Virus record (IMG/VR): IMGVR_UViG_3300035183_000733
Coordinates: 309,760 to 373,759 of that record
DNA: 64,000 bases
Reading direction: 5' to 3' (one strand)
Part shown: in pieces, positions 46,210 through 56,844 of the stretch
Numbering within the stretch: the first letter of the stretch is position 1
Layout of the letters: every line of letters starts with the position of its first letter
Translations under genes and position numbers: made by a program
The notes under the pieces: model-generated
What the model was told of the DNA's origin: nothing
What the model saw: only the letters and a program-made list of their open reading frames with translations
Databases searched by the model: none

Positions 46210-47103
46210 ATGCACTGTTTACACGCGTACATATTCAAAGCCGGCACGTTTGATGTTTCAGACGTGCCTCATGCTGAGCACGAGGGCTTCGTAATATTGG
46301 TGATGAGCGACAAGCTGTTCACCAAGCTCGGTAACCCCAAGCTTCTCGACCAGACGCTCAGGGAAACCATTAAGACCTACGTCGAGATTCAGACCGACTA
46401 CTTCGGAGGCGGCGGAGAGCAGGAGGCCAAGCTGTTCATAGACGGACGCGAGGAGTACGTGCCGGAGCCGGACCATCCCATTGACTGGGCTCTCGAGAAG
46501 TTGGGCGTCGTCAAGAAGGACGGAATGGACGAGTTCGACACCATCTCCCTTGGCAGCTACAGGGACGCGGCAAGCATACTCGACTCCTGGACTGAGAAAT
46601 TCAAGCAGAACAATCCGAAGCAGAAATCCGGGATAGAGAGACGCTACCTACTAAAGGCTATGCCGTATTCTATCCGCGACAGGATACTCGCTGGGCTCCG
46701 CGGCAAGAAGATAGGACAGGTCTATGTAGAGTATGAGAACGGCGAGAGGGTACGTCTTAGACGCGTATTCGACCCGACATCTAATTCGTATACGTACTAC
46801 GAGACGAAGAAGAAAACAATATCCTTCGGCGTCAACCAGGAAGACGAACGCGAGATAACAGAGGCCGAGTACACCGAGGGTCTGAAGCACGCGAAGAAGC
46901 AGATAAGCAAGACCCGCTACGAATACGAGTGCGGGGACGTCACTTGGGAGATCGATGACTTCGGTTCGATGGTGATAGCAGAAGTAGAATTGTCACACAT
47001 CGACCACTTCGCACCGATGCCAGACGATCTCGAGGCGATGGTAATAATGGAAATAACAGGCATGGACCAGTTCACCAATTACAACCTGGCGAGCCAAGTA
47101 TAA
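46210..47103 (+). CDS. Fusion of unknown N-terminal domain and CYTH (triphosphate tunnel) domain
   Basis: IERRYLL, RVRLR, E-x-E-x-EI, ISKTRY, WEIDDF, IAEVEL. Confidence 0.75.
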   Translation: MHCLHAYIFKAGTFDVSDVPHAEHEGFVILVMSDKLFTKLGNPKLLDQTLRETIKTYVEIQTDYFGGGGEQEAKLFIDGREEYVPEPDHPIDWALEKLGVVKKDGMDEFDTISLGSYRDAASILDSWTEKFKQNNPKQKSGIERRYLLKAMPYSIRDRILAGLRGKKIGQVYVEYENGERVRLRRVFDPTSNSYTYYETKKKTISFGVNQEDEREITEAEYTEGLKHAKKQISKTRYEYECGDVTWEIDDFGSMVIAEVELSHIDHFAPMPDDLEAMVIMEITGMDQFTNYNLASQV

Positions 47104-47814
47104 TACTGCCCACGTAGTGGGCACATGCCCCGGTACCCGTGCTGCGGCTTCAAGTTGAGGCCGCCGAAGCGCACGAATACGCACAAGTCCTTGCCCTTTA
47201 TGGTAGTAGTCCTGTCCGCCCTTGGCTCGAACCATTATCACGGCGTTACCCTGCCAGTTCCTCGTGCCTGTTATAACGCCTTTGCGGTTCGTAACGTACA
47301 CCTCTGGATCTCCCATTTGTCGCGGGTTTCCCTAAAAAAATGACGGAACGGCGCTTCGGCCGAAACAAAAGTTCGAAACGCGCGTAAAAAAATTATCCCA
47401 AAAAACCAGGGTTTGTAACCGGTTAAGTACTCGAGATCAACAATCCGTTCTTTGAACAAGTGACCCGCCCGATACCGGGCTCGCGAATCAAGTTGAATAC
47501 CCCGGCCCGCGAAGTTTTTGGAGTGCCATACCCCGGCGTTCGAGACGTTCCCTGGGAACGAGGCGTTTGGTACGTGGGCCTGGTGCTTCGGTTGTGGCGA
47601 CGAAACTATAGGTCTCGAGCGAGGACGGAACCTGGACCAACGAGGCTACGTGCAAGGAGCACCTTGGGGAGGAGACTTGTCCTGACTGCGACGGAAAGGG
47701 ACACGTGCCTGTCGAGAAGGAAGACTTCACGGACAAAACGCTCGGGCTCGGTGCTCGCGCGGAAATTCTACGGGACGCCTCAAGTACGGCGACTGATCGG
47801 AAATAGAGACAGCA

Positions 47815-47844
47815 ATCGGGGCCTTCGGGTCCCGATTTTTTTTA
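47815..47844 (+). terminator. Intrinsic terminator
   Basis: AATCGGGGCC-TTCG-GGTCCCGATT plus T tract. Confidence 0.85.
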
Positions 47845-47855
47845 TCTTGTCCTCT

Positions 47856-48509
47856 ATGAAAATGGGCAGAAAACTAAAAGACCAGAAGCTGGTAGAATTC
47901 GGGAAGCTTTCCGAGAAGATCCAGAAGCTTGGCTTCGAGAGTATAATCGTCATCGGCATGGAAAAAAACGATGGCAGCGGCAAGACCTTCATCTCGACCA
48001 AATATGGCAAGAAGGACAAGCTAAATAACGTGTCCAGTGCCAAGTTCGAGAAGGCCGTATCATATCTGCTGTTCATACTCGGATGCACCCCGGAAGAACT
48101 GATCAGGTCTGCCGATTCGCTTAAGTTGTTATCGGAAGCGGCACAGATGCACTCAATCGGAGTATTGCTGCAGAACCTTATATCGGACCTCGATAAACTG
48201 GGTAAGAAAAAGTCCAAACCAAAGAAGAAACCCCGCTCGGGTTGGCACGCGGCTTTCAACGAACACATGGAGACCAGGCTCGACGAAATAATAGAAAGCG
48301 AGACCGCTAAGCTCGAAAGCGAGCGTACACCATCGTACAGGTACAGCAAGGAGGCCGAGAACGAAGCGGCGGCCAAGCTGAGTTCGGAAGATAATAAAAA
48401 GCTCACAGCGATAAGAAGACGCAAGAACAGATTCGTGTCTGAGCGCAACTATGAGCAGGCAGCTAAGGCGCGTGATGAAGAGAGAGAACTACTCGGGCTA
48501 AACGGATGA
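47856..48509 (+). CDS. Hypothetical protein with C-terminal UvrB/UvrC motif
   Basis: VSERNYEQAAKARDEE; real start MKMGRK after the terminator. Confidence 0.65.
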   Translation: MKMGRKLKDQKLVEFGKLSEKIQKLGFESIIVIGMEKNDGSGKTFISTKYGKKDKLNNVSSAKFEKAVSYLLFILGCTPEELIRSADSLKLLSEAAQMHSIGVLLQNLISDLDKLGKKKSKPKKKPRSGWHAAFNEHMETRLDEIIESETAKLESERTPSYRYSKEAENEAAAKLSSEDNKKLTAIRRRKNRFVSERNYEQAAKARDEERELLGLNG

Positions 48510-48623
48510 AGAAGACAAAGAAGAAAATAGTGGCGGACGCTACGGATCTCGACATGTTTGCCAAGTACGGCGTGGAGAAGATATTGATGGGAAGCAAAAC
48601 CATAGAAATAAAGAAACCAAAGA

Positions 48624-49817
48624 ATGAAACCGTGTAACGTAATATTCGACGGGAACTACCTGTTCCACAGCGAATTCTCCATATTCGCATCGTACAGCAA
48701 GAGCGCCAAGTTCAGCACAGAGGGCGACGAAGTCTCGTTCGTGCAGGGCGTAGCAAACAAGTTCTTCTACGCGCTCGGCCATCTGCCGAAGGGTGGGAAG
48801 GTTGTGTTCTGTATAGACTCGAGGTCGTGGAGGAAGTCCGTCGAGATACCAGGCACCGAGTACAAGGCGTCCAGGGAGAACGAGGACGGCAGCAAGGGAC
48901 AGATGGACAAGGACACGAAGGAGAAGTTCTACAAGCTGATGAACGAGTTCTGCGACATACTGAAGAGCGTCGGCATCATAGTGTCGCGTATTGCCGGGGC
49001 GGAGGGCGACGACCTTATATTCAGGTGGACCGAGTTCTTCTACGAGAAGGGCGAGAACTGCATCGTAATGTCCGGCGATCGCGACATGACGCAGACCGTC
49101 AAGATGAGGAGGACCGAGGACGAGCACGAGCCGTGGATCATCCAGTGGAACAACAACAGCAAGCACAACAGGATGTACATACCGGAGGGCTGGCAACAGA
49201 GCTGGCTCAACAGGTCGTCGAGCATATTCGAGATGGACATGAACAACGACAGGCTCGCCATCAAACAGCACATAACAGATTTCGCCATAGACCTGCAGGT
49301 TGTCCACCCGGGTGAAGTGGTGTTCAACAAGATACTTGTCGGTGACGACGGTGACGACGTACCGCCAGCCTGTAGCTACGAGGGCAAGACCAAGGAGGGC
49401 AAGCCGAAGACCGTTCGGCTTACCGATTCTATTGCCGGCAAGGTCATAGCCGCCATGAGGGAGAAGTTCGGCAGCTTCGACCCAGCGACCGCCCTACAGC
49501 GATTCCACGACGAGGCGTACATGACCACGCTCGCCGGAATAATACTCAGGGTCATGAAGACCGTCGACGGAACGGAGGAGCGCAAGGTCATTGTAGAGTC
49601 CTTGAAGCGCAATAAGAAGCTCGTCCACCTGTCCGTGGAGGAACTGCCTGCAAACCTCGTCGGTGTTATAGACGACCACATCAAGACCACCATCGAGGAC
49701 CTGAGGACGCAGAGGGATAAGTGGAACCGCAAGGGGCTGTTCGAGGGCACCAGGTTTTCGGAAAATGTGGCTCCCAAGAGGGACGACCCGTTCGCGTTCT
49801 TCAACGTGCCAGAATAG
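48624..49817 (+). CDS. 5'-3' exonuclease / RNase H (T4 Rnh/FEN-like)
   Basis: FDGN, SRSWRK, YKASR, EGDDLI, SGDRD, LVGDDGDDVP. Confidence 0.88.
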   Translation: MKPCNVIFDGNYLFHSEFSIFASYSKSAKFSTEGDEVSFVQGVANKFFYALGHLPKGGKVVFCIDSRSWRKSVEIPGTEYKASRENEDGSKGQMDKDTKEKFYKLMNEFCDILKSVGIIVSRIAGAEGDDLIFRWTEFFYEKGENCIVMSGDRDMTQTVKMRRTEDEHEPWIIQWNNNSKHNRMYIPEGWQQSWLNRSSSIFEMDMNNDRLAIKQHITDFAIDLQVVHPGEVVFNKILVGDDGDDVPPACSYEGKTKEGKPKTVRLTDSIAGKVIAAMREKFGSFDPATALQRFHDEAYMTTLAGIILRVMKTVDGTEERKVIVESLKRNKKLVHLSVEELPANLVGVIDDHIKTTIEDLRTQRDKWNRKGLFEGTRFSENVAPKRDDPFAFFNVPE

Positions 49818-49909
49818 CGGAAATACTTTGTATTTCCGCCATAAGGCAAGCACGTATTGATTATCTTCAGTTCTCAAGTAAACAAAAAGATAAACTAAAC
49901 AAGAAAGTC

Positions 49910-50164
49910 ATGAGCACAACAACAAGAAAAAAGTCATCGAAGCGCAGCAACGCTGTAACTTCAAACGGCGCGTTCGTTCGCAAAAATCGCGCAAATTATT
50001 CTCAGAAAACCTGGGTTGTATTTACCACAGACGGGGACCGCATGAAGAGCCCTCGCGTTTACGACGCGAGACTCAGCCGCGATGCCGTACGTGGAGCGTA
50101 CAGCCGCGAGCTCGGTGTCTCTAAAGAGGAGACCCGTTCACGCAGGGTGGCAAATGTGAAGTAA
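49910..50164 (+). CDS. Small very basic protein, possible nucleic-acid binder
   Basis: MSTTTRKKSSKRS..., Arg/Lys-rich; terminator follows at about 50190. Confidence 0.6.
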   Translation: MSTTTRKKSSKRSNAVTSNGAFVRKNRANYSQKTWVVFTTDGDRMKSPRVYDARLSRDAVRGAYSRELGVSKEETRSRRVANVK

Positions 50165-50292
50165 TTTGCATGTTGTTTTTTAGGTTAGGGACCGGGTGGA
50201 GACACCCGGCTTTTTCATTTAAACCGGCTCCCGTTTCTGCCAATCGTTGTTGTTTGTGAAAGGATATATAAGGAAAATAGAATCCGGACACA

Positions 50293-53217
50293 ATGACCAT
50301 TAAGGAGCTTATAGAATTGAAGGACGTTCTATCGTCCGATTCGATCTCGACAACGAGGCTAACAGTAAACGACAACTTCCACAAACTTAGGAAGGGCCTC
50401 ATAGCCGTCATCGACTCCCTCCAGATCGACGCAGGACCTAACCTGAGCGTGCAATCCGTTCAGGCAGAGGATATTGTGGCGAACTCTTTCTCTACGCCGC
50501 TCCCCATGGACGGGGTGTACAACTTCCGTGTCAACTCGAACGGCGAGATAACGGCCAAGTCCATATTCACGAATACATGGATGGAGACCCCAAGGTTGAG
50601 GCTCGACCCGGACCCAACCACAATCGCTTTCCAGGCAGGTGAGATTCGCTGGTCAGGATCAGACTTCCTCGGATTCGACGGTACAAACTGGATCTCCCTC
50701 ACGGCAGGCGCTCCGGTTCCAATAATCACCGGGCCGCTGGTAATAAACCAACTCTACGAGATTATTACGTACGGAGCCGGTGACGATTTCACCAATGTAG
50801 GCGCGGCATCCAACGCCACAGGTGTTGTTTTCGTGGCCACAGGCACCACACCGACTAACTGGACCAACGGCTCTGTGCTGCAGAGCTCGAACGGTGAAGC
50901 AAACACCGCATCCAATCTCGGAACCGGCGCTGGCGTGTTCAAGCAGAAGGTCGGCACCGACTTACAGTTCAAATCACTTGTGGCCGGTACGAGCGTATAC
51001 TTCGACCTCACCAACCCGAACGAAATCAAGATAAACTCGACCGCGAGCTCCGGATATTCCGGCTACAGCGGTTTCTCCGGAATAGGAACGTCCGGTTATT
51101 CCGGATACTCCGGCAAGAGCGGTTACTCTGGTGTTTCTGGATTCTCGGGCGTGTCCGGTTTCTCTGGGCGGGGCGTGTCAGGTTTCTCTGGTGTGAGCGG
51201 CGGGTCTGGTGCGAGCGGGTTCAGCGGCGCATCTACGTCTGGCTACTCCGGTGTTTCTGGATTTTCCGGCGTGTCTGGCTATTCGGGATTCTCCGGATAT
51301 TCTGGTATTAGCGGTTACAGTGGTCTTAACGGACCTATAGGTGATTCGGGTTACTCCGGATTTTCGGGACTTGGCGTATCTGGATTCTCCGGATACTCCG
51401 GAGCTTCTGGCTCGGCATCGAGTTTACTCGGCCCGGCGGAGGACGGAAGTTACCTCGACGGACTGTGGACAGACCTTACGCCAACGACTCCAATAGGAAC
51501 TTTTGCGGACAGGGTCAACGAGATACTTCTCGCTATGGTACCGCCTCCGGCACCATTCCTTGGCTCATGGAGTCAGACCACATTAACTCAGTCGGTGACG
51601 GGCAAGCTCAGCTTCGACACGGCTAACCCAATAGCTGGGTATATCGGAGCGGATACCGCTCCAAACCCTGTCTATGTGGATGGTACGTTCTCCGTAGCGA
51701 GCAACAGGCTTGGAATATCGCAAGCCGTCGGCGGCGGTGACCTATCCGGCGTTCTGAATAATGCTGTAGCGGCTGGACCAGGCTCTCCTACACCTGCATA
51801 CGTAGCACAATCGTTCGGCGCCGCCGACAAGGGATACTTAAAGCTTTACATAAACGGAGTAGAATACGTGCCGGCGAGGATCAATCTTACATCGTCACCT
51901 GCGCCTATCGATACAAGCTCCGGCGGAACAACTACCGGTATAAGTGTATCGGCTCAGTCACCTTCGTACTTCCCGAGCGGCGCTCCTATGCCGTCGTTCC
52001 AGAACAGGACCGGTACGTGGAAGGTGCTTAAGGCGCACCTCGGGCTCGGATACAACCACGTGCATATCGTTCACGAAGAGACACCGTTCGTGCTACACAC
52101 GCTCGCTTCTTATGAAGTGGTGCTCGACGATAATACCACCGGATGTTCATTCTCTTCGGAGACATTGTACAACCACGTCATGACTGGAAGCAAGAAGCTG
52201 TCGGGCATAGACTACCATACCGGCGGCACGTTGTCCTACGACATCATAATAGACAATGCGTACAGGAACACGTACAGCGCGAGCGCGAGCGCAGTATCGC
52301 ACCTCGGTAACTCTAATTCTTACGGTGTGGTAGTAACCGCGCCGTCGCAGTCGTTATCGCCCAACGCTGGTAACGAGGCCATGCAGGTAACGATAACTGG
52401 CAAGACCGTCACGTTCTCTGCATCGAGGAGGGTGATAAACGAGGACGTGAGTCTGAGCACGACCGTGTTGAGGACCGTGCAAGGCACGTACGTGAGCCCC
52501 GGCACAACGTTCGGAACATTCCTACTTGACAACATGACATCGTCATCAACTATCGCAACGTTTGAGGCATTTGACGACGAGGTATACAGGCTAACGACCA
52601 ACTCCAACTACGATCTTGTAGCTGACGTGGCGGCGAACCCGTGGGACGGGTCGCAGTCGCTCATCGACGGGTCGGCTGGCCACACGGATGGTCTCCAGGT
52701 GATAGACGGCAGACTGATCTACCCGGGCGCGAACATATCATACCCGTATGACTTCACAACGGCAAACATCACCAAGGGCTCTACGTTCAATAACGGAGGA
52801 ATCGGCGGATCTGCGAGGATTTACAACCAGTCACCGGCGATAGAGAGGACGTACATAAGGTACTTCCGGAAGGTGTCGCCCACCACGGCAAACTTCGTCA
52901 TGACCATAAACGGCTCGGGCGGAACTTTCGTGCCCGTGTCGACGCCGCTGACTGGAAACAACATTCACGTGGAGATTAAGGGTCCTACCGAGACCGGATG
53001 GATGGACGCTTACGAGGATTTCGCAACAGGACAATTCGCGGATGGGGACGGAGCGAGGAACGCGACCGCTGGCGCTGGTCGTGCGTTCGGAGTGACTTGG
53101 GGTCTGACTATAGGAACTAAGAACACGGCGAACACGGGCGGTTACATGCTCATCAGGATAACAACTGGTGGGGGATTCACCGGGTCTCTGACCGGCATAA
53201 ACTGGACATTTGTATAA
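50293..53217 (+). CDS. Large virion structural protein with collagen-like (Ser-Gly-X)n segment
   Basis: 974 aa; follows GATATATAA; beta-rich Thr/Ser/Gly composition. Confidence 0.75.
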   Translation: MTIKELIELKDVLSSDSISTTRLTVNDNFHKLRKGLIAVIDSLQIDAGPNLSVQSVQAEDIVANSFSTPLPMDGVYNFRVNSNGEITAKSIFTNTWMETPRLRLDPDPTTIAFQAGEIRWSGSDFLGFDGTNWISLTAGAPVPIITGPLVINQLYEIITYGAGDDFTNVGAASNATGVVFVATGTTPTNWTNGSVLQSSNGEANTASNLGTGAGVFKQKVGTDLQFKSLVAGTSVYFDLTNPNEIKINSTASSGYSGYSGFSGIGTSGYSGYSGKSGYSGVSGFSGVSGFSGRGVSGFSGVSGGSGASGFSGASTSGYSGVSGFSGVSGYSGFSGYSGISGYSGLNGPIGDSGYSGFSGLGVSGFSGYSGASGSASSLLGPAEDGSYLDGLWTDLTPTTPIGTFADRVNEILLAMVPPPAPFLGSWSQTTLTQSVTGKLSFDTANPIAGYIGADTAPNPVYVDGTFSVASNRLGISQAVGGGDLSGVLNNAVAAGPGSPTPAYVAQSFGAADKGYLKLYINGVEYVPARINLTSSPAPIDTSSGGTTTGISVSAQSPSYFPSGAPMPSFQNRTGTWKVLKAHLGLGYNHVHIVHEETPFVLHTLASYEVVLDDNTTGCSFSSETLYNHVMTGSKKLSGIDYHTGGTLSYDIIIDNAYRNTYSASASAVSHLGNSNSYGVVVTAPSQSLSPNAGNEAMQVTITGKTVTFSASRRVINEDVSLSTTVLRTVQGTYVSPGTTFGTFLLDNMTSSSTIATFEAFDDEVYRLTTNSNYDLVADVAANPWDGSQSLIDGSAGHTDGLQVIDGRLIYPGANISYPYDFTTANITKGSTFNNGGIGGSARIYNQSPAIERTYIRYFRKVSPTTANFVMTINGSGGTFVPVSTPLTGNNIHVEIKGPTETGWMDAYEDFATGQFADGDGARNATAGAGRAFGVTWGLTIGTKNTANTGGYMLIRITTGGGFTGSLTGINWTFV
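51049..51411 (+). repeat. Coding tripeptide repeat SG(Y/F/V/A)
   Basis: [11 protein letters not shown]... about 120 aa, with short interruptions. Confidence 0.9.
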
Positions 53218-53234
53218 AAACATAAAGGACGACA

Positions 53235-55724
53235 ATGGCATTTCTAAACCAGAACCAGGCAATAGTAGCCTTCAAGCACCTCCTCGGGAAGTCCAATACG
53301 GATGTGACCAAGGAGGCGGGCAACGAAGCCGAAGGCTTATTCTTCAACATACCGGCCGAGACCGTCTGGATGGAGGACATCAGTCCAACACCAGCAATAG
53401 CGGTCGCGCTCGGGCGTGCCGTTGCCGTCACCGCCGACATGGTGGTGGACGTTACTTCTAACGGACACGCGCTATTCGCAACCTGGCCGGTAGTACCGCC
53501 GGCGGGAACTGACCCAATAACTTCGGCACCGTTCGCGTACGGAGCTGGCGTGCTCTCGGGCATACTCGCGGGCGATCGCGTAAGGAACGCGATCCCGCCG
53601 GCTTACGGCGTCGGATACGAGGCCAAGCCATACGCAGGCGTTAACTTAATTTCACCGGGCGACCAGCGCGACTGGATATACCAGTACAACTCTGGCGTGT
53701 TCTTCCAGCAGGCCGGCTCCGCTAACATACCGGCGTACGGAGGTTCGTCTTATACAAACCCTACAACCATACAGTTGTATGTTTACATCGGCGACACACT
53801 CGCCACGTTCAGCGGCAGCGGTAGCGGCGGGCCGAGCGAGTGGTACAACTCTGTATTTACGATAACGACAACACCTCCAGGTTCACCTTCATCGGGCGAC
53901 CGCTACTTGATCGCGCCCACTGGCGCGACCGGCGCATGGACTGGACAGGAGAAGAAGATAGCCGAATGGGACGGCATGGCATGGAACTTCACAACGCCTA
54001 CAACAGGCGGGTCCGTGCTCGTGGACGATGAGCCAGGCTACATCTACATATTTGCGGGAACCTACCCTACCGGAGATTGGACGCAGGTTCCTTTCGGTAC
54101 CACAAGGGCGGGAGTTGCAACCGGAACGAACACGTATGCCGTGACCGTAACTCCCCCGATACTGGCGTACGACCCTAACCTCATACTACTGCTAACGTTC
54201 GTGAACGCGAACACAGGCGTATCGACGTTGGATGTCAACGCCATCGGTCCTGTCCCCCTGTTGAAGTCTGATGGGCTCGGTGGACTAATGAACCTCGAGG
54301 CTAATGACATAAAGCCTGGTCTACTCTACATGATAGTGTACGACGGGTTCAACTTCCAGCTGTTCACGGGAGATAACAACTTCATACCGCGCACGGGCAC
54401 GGCGGTTGGACAGCCTGTAGCTGGCGACATAGAAGTCGCGCCAGGCACAAAGATTTACACGACGGGGTCACCGAGCAATCCGGCGCTCAAGTTTGAGATG
54501 GGCAACCTGCTCATCGAGGGCGGAGTCGCTAAGTACGACCAGGACCGTACGGCCGAGTTCGACAACCTCACTTTGATAACAAAGCAATACGCGGACTCGA
54601 TAGCCGGCGGAAGCGGTAACGTATCGAATATAAGCGTAGTTGCGACATACATGGGAACCGGCGGCTCGCCCGCAATGGATTCTTACGATGGAACTTCTGG
54701 ATCACCGGGGATAGTAGCGTACGATCCAGACGTGATATATCTTGTCACGTTCGACAACGACAACACAGGTCCTGTGCAGCTCTCTATAGACGGTCTTCCT
54801 TACGTGGAAATGCTCGTTGGAGACGAGACACTCGGCCTTGTATCGCTTTCTGCCGGGGACATAGTCGCCGCGGTGGTGTACTACGTAGTTTACGATGGCT
54901 CAAACTTCCAGGTGTTCACGCTGAACCCCACACAGCTCCCGGGAACTTACACCAACCTCAACCCGTCGACGGTGGCCGTTGGTGGTGTGCCGGTGGGAAC
55001 GACATTCAACAACACCACGTACACGCAGATATTCGACATGATGTTCTACCCGTATGTGTTGTCTACGTTCTCCGCATTCTCCATAAGCGGTCAGCCGACA
55101 ACATTAGAGGTGGGACAGAACATCGCTGCTGGTACCAAGACGTTCAACTGGACCACTACCGTGCCAGCTAACGTCGCGACAAACAGCATTAAGATTCGTG
55201 ACCTTACCACGCTTGCATATCTCGCTACAGGTCTCGCCAACGACGGAACGGAGAACATATCGTTCCCGTCCGCTATAACGAGGACTACTCCGGGATCTCG
55301 CACTTGGAGGATATACGGAACGAGGACGAACAGCTCCACGTTCACGAGGGACTTCACCGTCACCTGGTACTGGAGAGTGTTCTCTGGCACGAGCACCAAC
55401 ACCTCGCTCACCGAAGCGCAGATCGAGGCGCTCACTAACAACGGATTGCAGTCCGCATTCGCCACGACCATCAATTACGTAGCTGGCGGATACAAGTACT
55501 ATTGCATACCGCACACGTTCGGATTCCCGTCACTGTTCAGGGACTTCAACACCAACCTCGCCGTCGCGATGGCCGGCGTAGCAGAAGGCTACACGAACAC
55601 TAACGGAAACGGTCTCTACTACCAGCTCGTGAGCGTGACAAACACATACGGACAGACTGTCAATTACCGGGTATATAGAACAAGGAATATCCTCGGCGGA
55701 TCGATAAAGATTGTAATAACATAA
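53235..55724 (+). CDS. Virion/tail-fibre protein with DUF2793-like domain and two copies of a fibre motif
   Basis: GDRYLI...GAWTGQEKKIAEW...GGSVLVDDE; F-x-N-x-NTG...YDG-x-NFQ twice. Confidence 0.7.
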   Translation: MAFLNQNQAIVAFKHLLGKSNTDVTKEAGNEAEGLFFNIPAETVWMEDISPTPAIAVALGRAVAVTADMVVDVTSNGHALFATWPVVPPAGTDPITSAPFAYGAGVLSGILAGDRVRNAIPPAYGVGYEAKPYAGVNLISPGDQRDWIYQYNSGVFFQQAGSANIPAYGGSSYTNPTTIQLYVYIGDTLATFSGSGSGGPSEWYNSVFTITTTPPGSPSSGDRYLIAPTGATGAWTGQEKKIAEWDGMAWNFTTPTTGGSVLVDDEPGYIYIFAGTYPTGDWTQVPFGTTRAGVATGTNTYAVTVTPPILAYDPNLILLLTFVNANTGVSTLDVNAIGPVPLLKSDGLGGLMNLEANDIKPGLLYMIVYDGFNFQLFTGDNNFIPRTGTAVGQPVAGDIEVAPGTKIYTTGSPSNPALKFEMGNLLIEGGVAKYDQDRTAEFDNLTLITKQYADSIAGGSGNVSNISVVATYMGTGGSPAMDSYDGTSGSPGIVAYDPDVIYLVTFDNDNTGPVQLSIDGLPYVEMLVGDETLGLVSLSAGDIVAAVVYYVVYDGSNFQVFTLNPTQLPGTYTNLNPSTVAVGGVPVGTTFNNTTYTQIFDMMFYPYVLSTFSAFSISGQPTTLEVGQNIAAGTKTFNWTTTVPANVATNSIKIRDLTTLAYLATGLANDGTENISFPSAITRTTPGSRTWRIYGTRTNSSTFTRDFTVTWYWRVFSGTSTNTSLTEAQIEALTNNGLQSAFATTINYVAGGYKYYCIPHTFGFPSLFRDFNTNLAVAMAGVAEGYTNTNGNGLYYQLVSVTNTYGQTVNYRVYRTRNILGGSIKIVIT

Positions 55725-55734
55725 AGAAAGTAAC

Positions 55735-56826
55735 ATGGCTCTTATTCCAGGCGTAATACCCGTAACCGGGTTCATAGGTCCAATAGACAGCACCGACACA
55801 TACGCGGTGACGGACGCACTATACGGCATCGATGGCTGGAGGAACGTCGAGGACGCAACCGAGCGCGACGCTATAACCGCCGAGCGCCGCAGGAAGGGCA
55901 TGGTCGTCGGAACAAAGGACGACGGCAACTACTGGAAGCTCCTCACAGACGGGCCTTGGAACTTCGACAGCACCGACTGGGAACTCTTCATAACGGGTGC
56001 AGGACCTATAACATCCGGACTCTGGGAAAATATCGGTGGTAACATAGTGACGAGCAGCACAATGTTCTCACCAGGTCCGCCGCACGTGCTCCCATACTTC
56101 GACGACCAGCAGGACCTCGGTTCCAAGCTCAACAGGTGGAGGGATCTGTACCTCGGCTCTGTGATCGACTTCGACACCAACCTCGACTTCGTAGTCGGCG
56201 GCGGCAGCCCCGACGACTCGGTGCTCACGGTCGATAACGTGGGACTGTCCGTTTATTCAGGCAAGGTGATAAGGGGACAGGCGAGCACCAACTACATCGA
56301 TCTCGATATTGCTGGCGCATTTGGTATATTCGGTGACAAAGTTTTGATATTGTCATCTGTAACAATACCTACTCCGGCTGGTACTAATTATGTCAAGATA
56401 GGTGATGCTCATACTCTAACAGGAATAACGAGCATTGGTTCTGGATCCGGTTCTGGTACAACATTTGCACAGGACTTGACATTTGATCAAGCAACTGGAA
56501 CTAAATTTACAGATACTGTTAATTCCCGTGGTATTGAATATGCAGCCAACTATTCTGCTAACTACACTAATCGTACGCTTGTAGACAAGGAGTATGCTGA
56601 TGCCGTATTCGTGAACAACCACAAGTACGTGCACAGCGGATCGTTCACGGGCGGCACTGTTGTCACCATAACACACGGACTCAACACCACCGACGTTATT
56701 TGTGACGTGATAAACACAGCTACGAGCACCAAGGTGTGGGGCGCGAAGGTTGATAACTACCATACCAACAGTATAGACGTTACGATAAGCGTGACCGGAA
56801 CCTACAAGGTTGTGATAGTCGGATAA
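55735..56826 (+). CDS. Virion structural / tail-fibre-associated protein
   Basis: V-x-D-x-TERDAI...RRKGM-x-V; ITHGLNT C-terminal motif. Confidence 0.65.
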   Translation: MALIPGVIPVTGFIGPIDSTDTYAVTDALYGIDGWRNVEDATERDAITAERRRKGMVVGTKDDGNYWKLLTDGPWNFDSTDWELFITGAGPITSGLWENIGGNIVTSSTMFSPGPPHVLPYFDDQQDLGSKLNRWRDLYLGSVIDFDTNLDFVVGGGSPDDSVLTVDNVGLSVYSGKVIRGQASTNYIDLDIAGAFGIFGDKVLILSSVTIPTPAGTNYVKIGDAHTLTGITSIGSGSGSGTTFAQDLTFDQATGTKFTDTVNSRGIEYAANYSANYTNRTLVDKEYADAVFVNNHKYVHSGSFTGGTVVTITHGLNTTDVICDVINTATSTKVWGAKVDNYHTNSIDVTISVTGTYKVVIVG

Positions 56827-56844
56827 AATAACAAGATGAATTAG

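Noticed and set aside
47460-47855. N-terminal 130-aa extension of ORF 47460..48509
   Set aside because: Crosses a strong terminator (47815-47844) and overlaps fragments of a decayed gene with CxxC motifs in other frames; real start is 47856
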